64,000 nt of DNA from NCBI GenBank assembly GCA_032718475.1, contig JAUCBJ010003511.1, positions 1 to 64,000 of the forward strand, in the 5' to 3' direction. Below, piece by piece: positions 61,438 through 64,000 of this stretch; the stretch's first letter is position 1, and every line of letters begins with the position of its first letter. A program made the position numbers and the translations under genes. Source of the DNA: Nemertoderma westbladi (Eukaryota > Animalia > Xenacoelomorpha). Under the pieces are notes generated by a model that worked only from the letters and a program-made list of their open reading frames with translations, searched no databases and was not told the origin of the DNA.

Positions 61438-63099
61438 TAAATTGCTTTAATACAATGGATATTAAATCAAATGATGTACAGTATTTCATTGTATCAACTG
61501 ATAATTAATAATGTCGATTACAGCACGTCCAATTTATGTGTATCTTAAATAATGTATAGAGCACGTGCGACTTAACTTGTACCTGGATGTCTCATTCAAT
61601 AATATAGTTAATGAACATAATTTTGAAAAAAATGAATGAAAAAATGAATTTAATTCGACAGACCCCAATTGTATAACCCTGTGTTGAAGAAGGGACAGCG
61701 TTTTTGACACAAGCATTGAAGCGAGGTAGTCTGCTGTTTCAAACAGCGTGGTGTAGCGGTCTGTATGGGTTGTCGGCAACTGATAAACACTGGTTTAATT
61801 CCCATCGCGGTGACTTCACATTTAGTTAATATTATTTTCATAATCAATAATTATTTAATAAGAATTACTTATAGGAATGTAGTCCGATAATTCTGGCCAG
61901 AACCGGAACGTCAATTAAATTTAAGAAAAGTCCGCGGACGACCGGCTAATTAGAGGGCTGGAGGGAGGAGGTGGGGGGGGGGGGGGGGGGGGTGGGAGGG
62001 GGGGGGGGTGGGGTGGCGCGTTGGAGGTCCTGAGGGTCTTATATGAAAGGTATTTCCGAAGTATTATCGAGTTCGAATTCAAACAGTACAGTTCATATAA
62101 ATTAATGAGTATTGCATTGGAAAAGGTTTGTACGTAATTTTGGACTTTCATCTATTTGTAGTATATGAACTAATGTTTATGTGTACCTGAGTATGAAAAA
62201 TATATCAACAATAATACATCTTGTTGCAATGGAAACATGTTGCTAGGAAAAATCCATGAAATTGAACGTTTTCCACATATAACATAACAATAACTTATAA
62301 CAATAAATAAGCTAAGATTACAAAATACAGTTCGTTTTGGACAAAATAGACCTGCATAGCACATAACAGCAGTGTAGAGAAATATAACTTAAAACAAGTT
62401 AGTTATAACTCAGTCCATCTCATCATCCATGGCGGTTTTGGCCGCATTTGTGACCGCGTTTGAGACCGCGGTTTCGGCTACAGTATTGGCCGCATTTGTC
62501 GCCCCCGTTGTTGTCGCCGTGGCATCTATAGGGGAGTATCATTATTATTTTAGCTAAAACTATTGCGTTGGGTAAATGTTCAACATAATATTATATTTAT
62601 ATAGCATGATAATGATAATGTAGAATGAAAGGGGAACCGATTCATGTAAATATATTATTTAATAAATATATCAAGTTATAGAACATAATAGTTTTTGAAC
62701 GTGTATAGCAAGTGTGATACAATACGACATGCAAAGTACAATTTATAAAACATATTAGTTATTGGACTTTTATTAGCAATGTCATATATATTAAATATAT
62801 GTGTACGACTTACAAAACATATACTTGAGAAATATAAACATGGTTGTCAGTGTTTCAATCAGTCGGTCAGTATGTTTCTTTGTTGATCAGTCTATTAGTT
62901 GGTCTGTCTGTTCGTCGATTATTCTGTCGAATTAATATATCAATCGTTGGTCTGTCTATCACTCCATTGACAGGAGATTGACGCAAGTTACAGCTGCCGG
63001 CATCGGCACGTTAAAACGACTAGATATATCGCGCCGCGACCTCGAGACGCCAGATGCGCCTCTCGAGAGTGCCAATGGATATACTCTACCCTTAGTTTT

Positions 63100-63560
63100 C
63101 TTTTGGGTTTTATTTTCTTCTTCGGGTTTATCCCCGAATCCCTTCCGTTCATTATCTATCTATGTATGTATCTATGTATTCTTTATGTATGGCGCAACGG
63201 CCACAGAACTCAGTTACAACAACCCTATTCCGGGCCTTTCCCCATGCTTAAACCCGGACCCAAAACTTTTGAAATAAAGGTAGGGCGACGATGAAACACG
63301 GTCTCGGTCGACCGCCTTAAAATCGCCCACGGCGTAGCGTCAACCGACATGCCCGCAATAACGCACAAACCACAGCCCGCCCCACAACCGACAGTCATTC
63401 CACAAACCCCGGCCACATCTCGCTCGGGATGAAACCTCATCAGCCAGACCGATTTGCCCCATAAACTCAGGATGTTAGTGCTGGGGGGGGGGGGGGGGGG
63501 GGGCATGTAGCGTTCCCTCGACCAGGATTCGCACCCTCACCAAGAGGACATAACTGAGTC
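63100..63560 (+). mobile_element. Ty3/Gypsy 3' end: integrase GPY/F domain, polypurine tract and LTR start
   Basis: FIPESL...VWRNGHRTQLQQPYSGPFPML...KTFEI...*NTVSVDRLK.AH; G-run PPT at 63483-63503; TGTAGCG at 63506. Confidence 0.85.
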
Positions 63561-64000
63561 CGAGCATTATAATTATCATACTGACTGCCCTATGGTACTG
63601 CTGTACATACTGACTCACGGCAACTGATACCAGTAGCCTTCTCTGCACAATTTATATTTGATTATAATAATATAATCTTGGTATTACGATTCCTCATTTT
63701 TGATGGGATTGTCATCGGTAAATTGTCTAGTTCTGATGCGGGACCTGTCCCAAGATTTCTTGCTGGGGACAAGTGGCGCAACCTGGTCAACGGAAGGGGG
63801 AATGTTAGTATGGGGTGCAGCTGTAACCGGTGGGTGGTGAATAAAAGGTTCAGTGTCAATATCTGACTCAGACATTATGTCAAGTTAATGTAATCTATGC
63901 ACAAATAGTATGTTGCAACTACAAAGACCCAAAGAAAGTTGCTATGGACTACTGTTTAATAGGAAGGAATTGTCACTCTGAATTCCACGATTGGTGTGCG

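Noticed and set aside
61921-62151. Poly-proline ORF
   Set aside because: Derived from G homopolymer runs; at most a potential G-quadruplex

Overview
AT-rich, repeat-saturated eukaryotic (most likely invertebrate animal) DNA with no recognisable intact host gene. The window is a nested graveyard of mobile elements. It holds: (1) a near-complete Transib (RAG1-core homologue) transposase with one nonsense codon, whose surviving end reads like a 12-RSS (CACAGTG-12 bp-TCAAAACTC) and sits at a CATTG site inside (2) a large, divergent Helitron-like HUH-Rep/PIF1-helicase pseudogene, with a second divergent copy on the opposite strand and several spliced fragments of an unnamed accessory ORF family; (3) a Crypton-like tyrosine-recombinase gene with an N-terminal C2H2 finger; (4) Bel/Pao, Gypsy, CR1, L2/Crack, RTE and Penelope-like retroelement pieces, the last with a hammerhead-like motif; (5) Maverick/Polinton polB and Sola-like transposase fragments; (6) non-autonomous piggyBac-type, Tc1/mariner-type and HINE/DINE-like elements; (7) many minisatellites, palindromes and a duplicated composite TE block. 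All family calls come from motif recognition by eye. No database searches were run.
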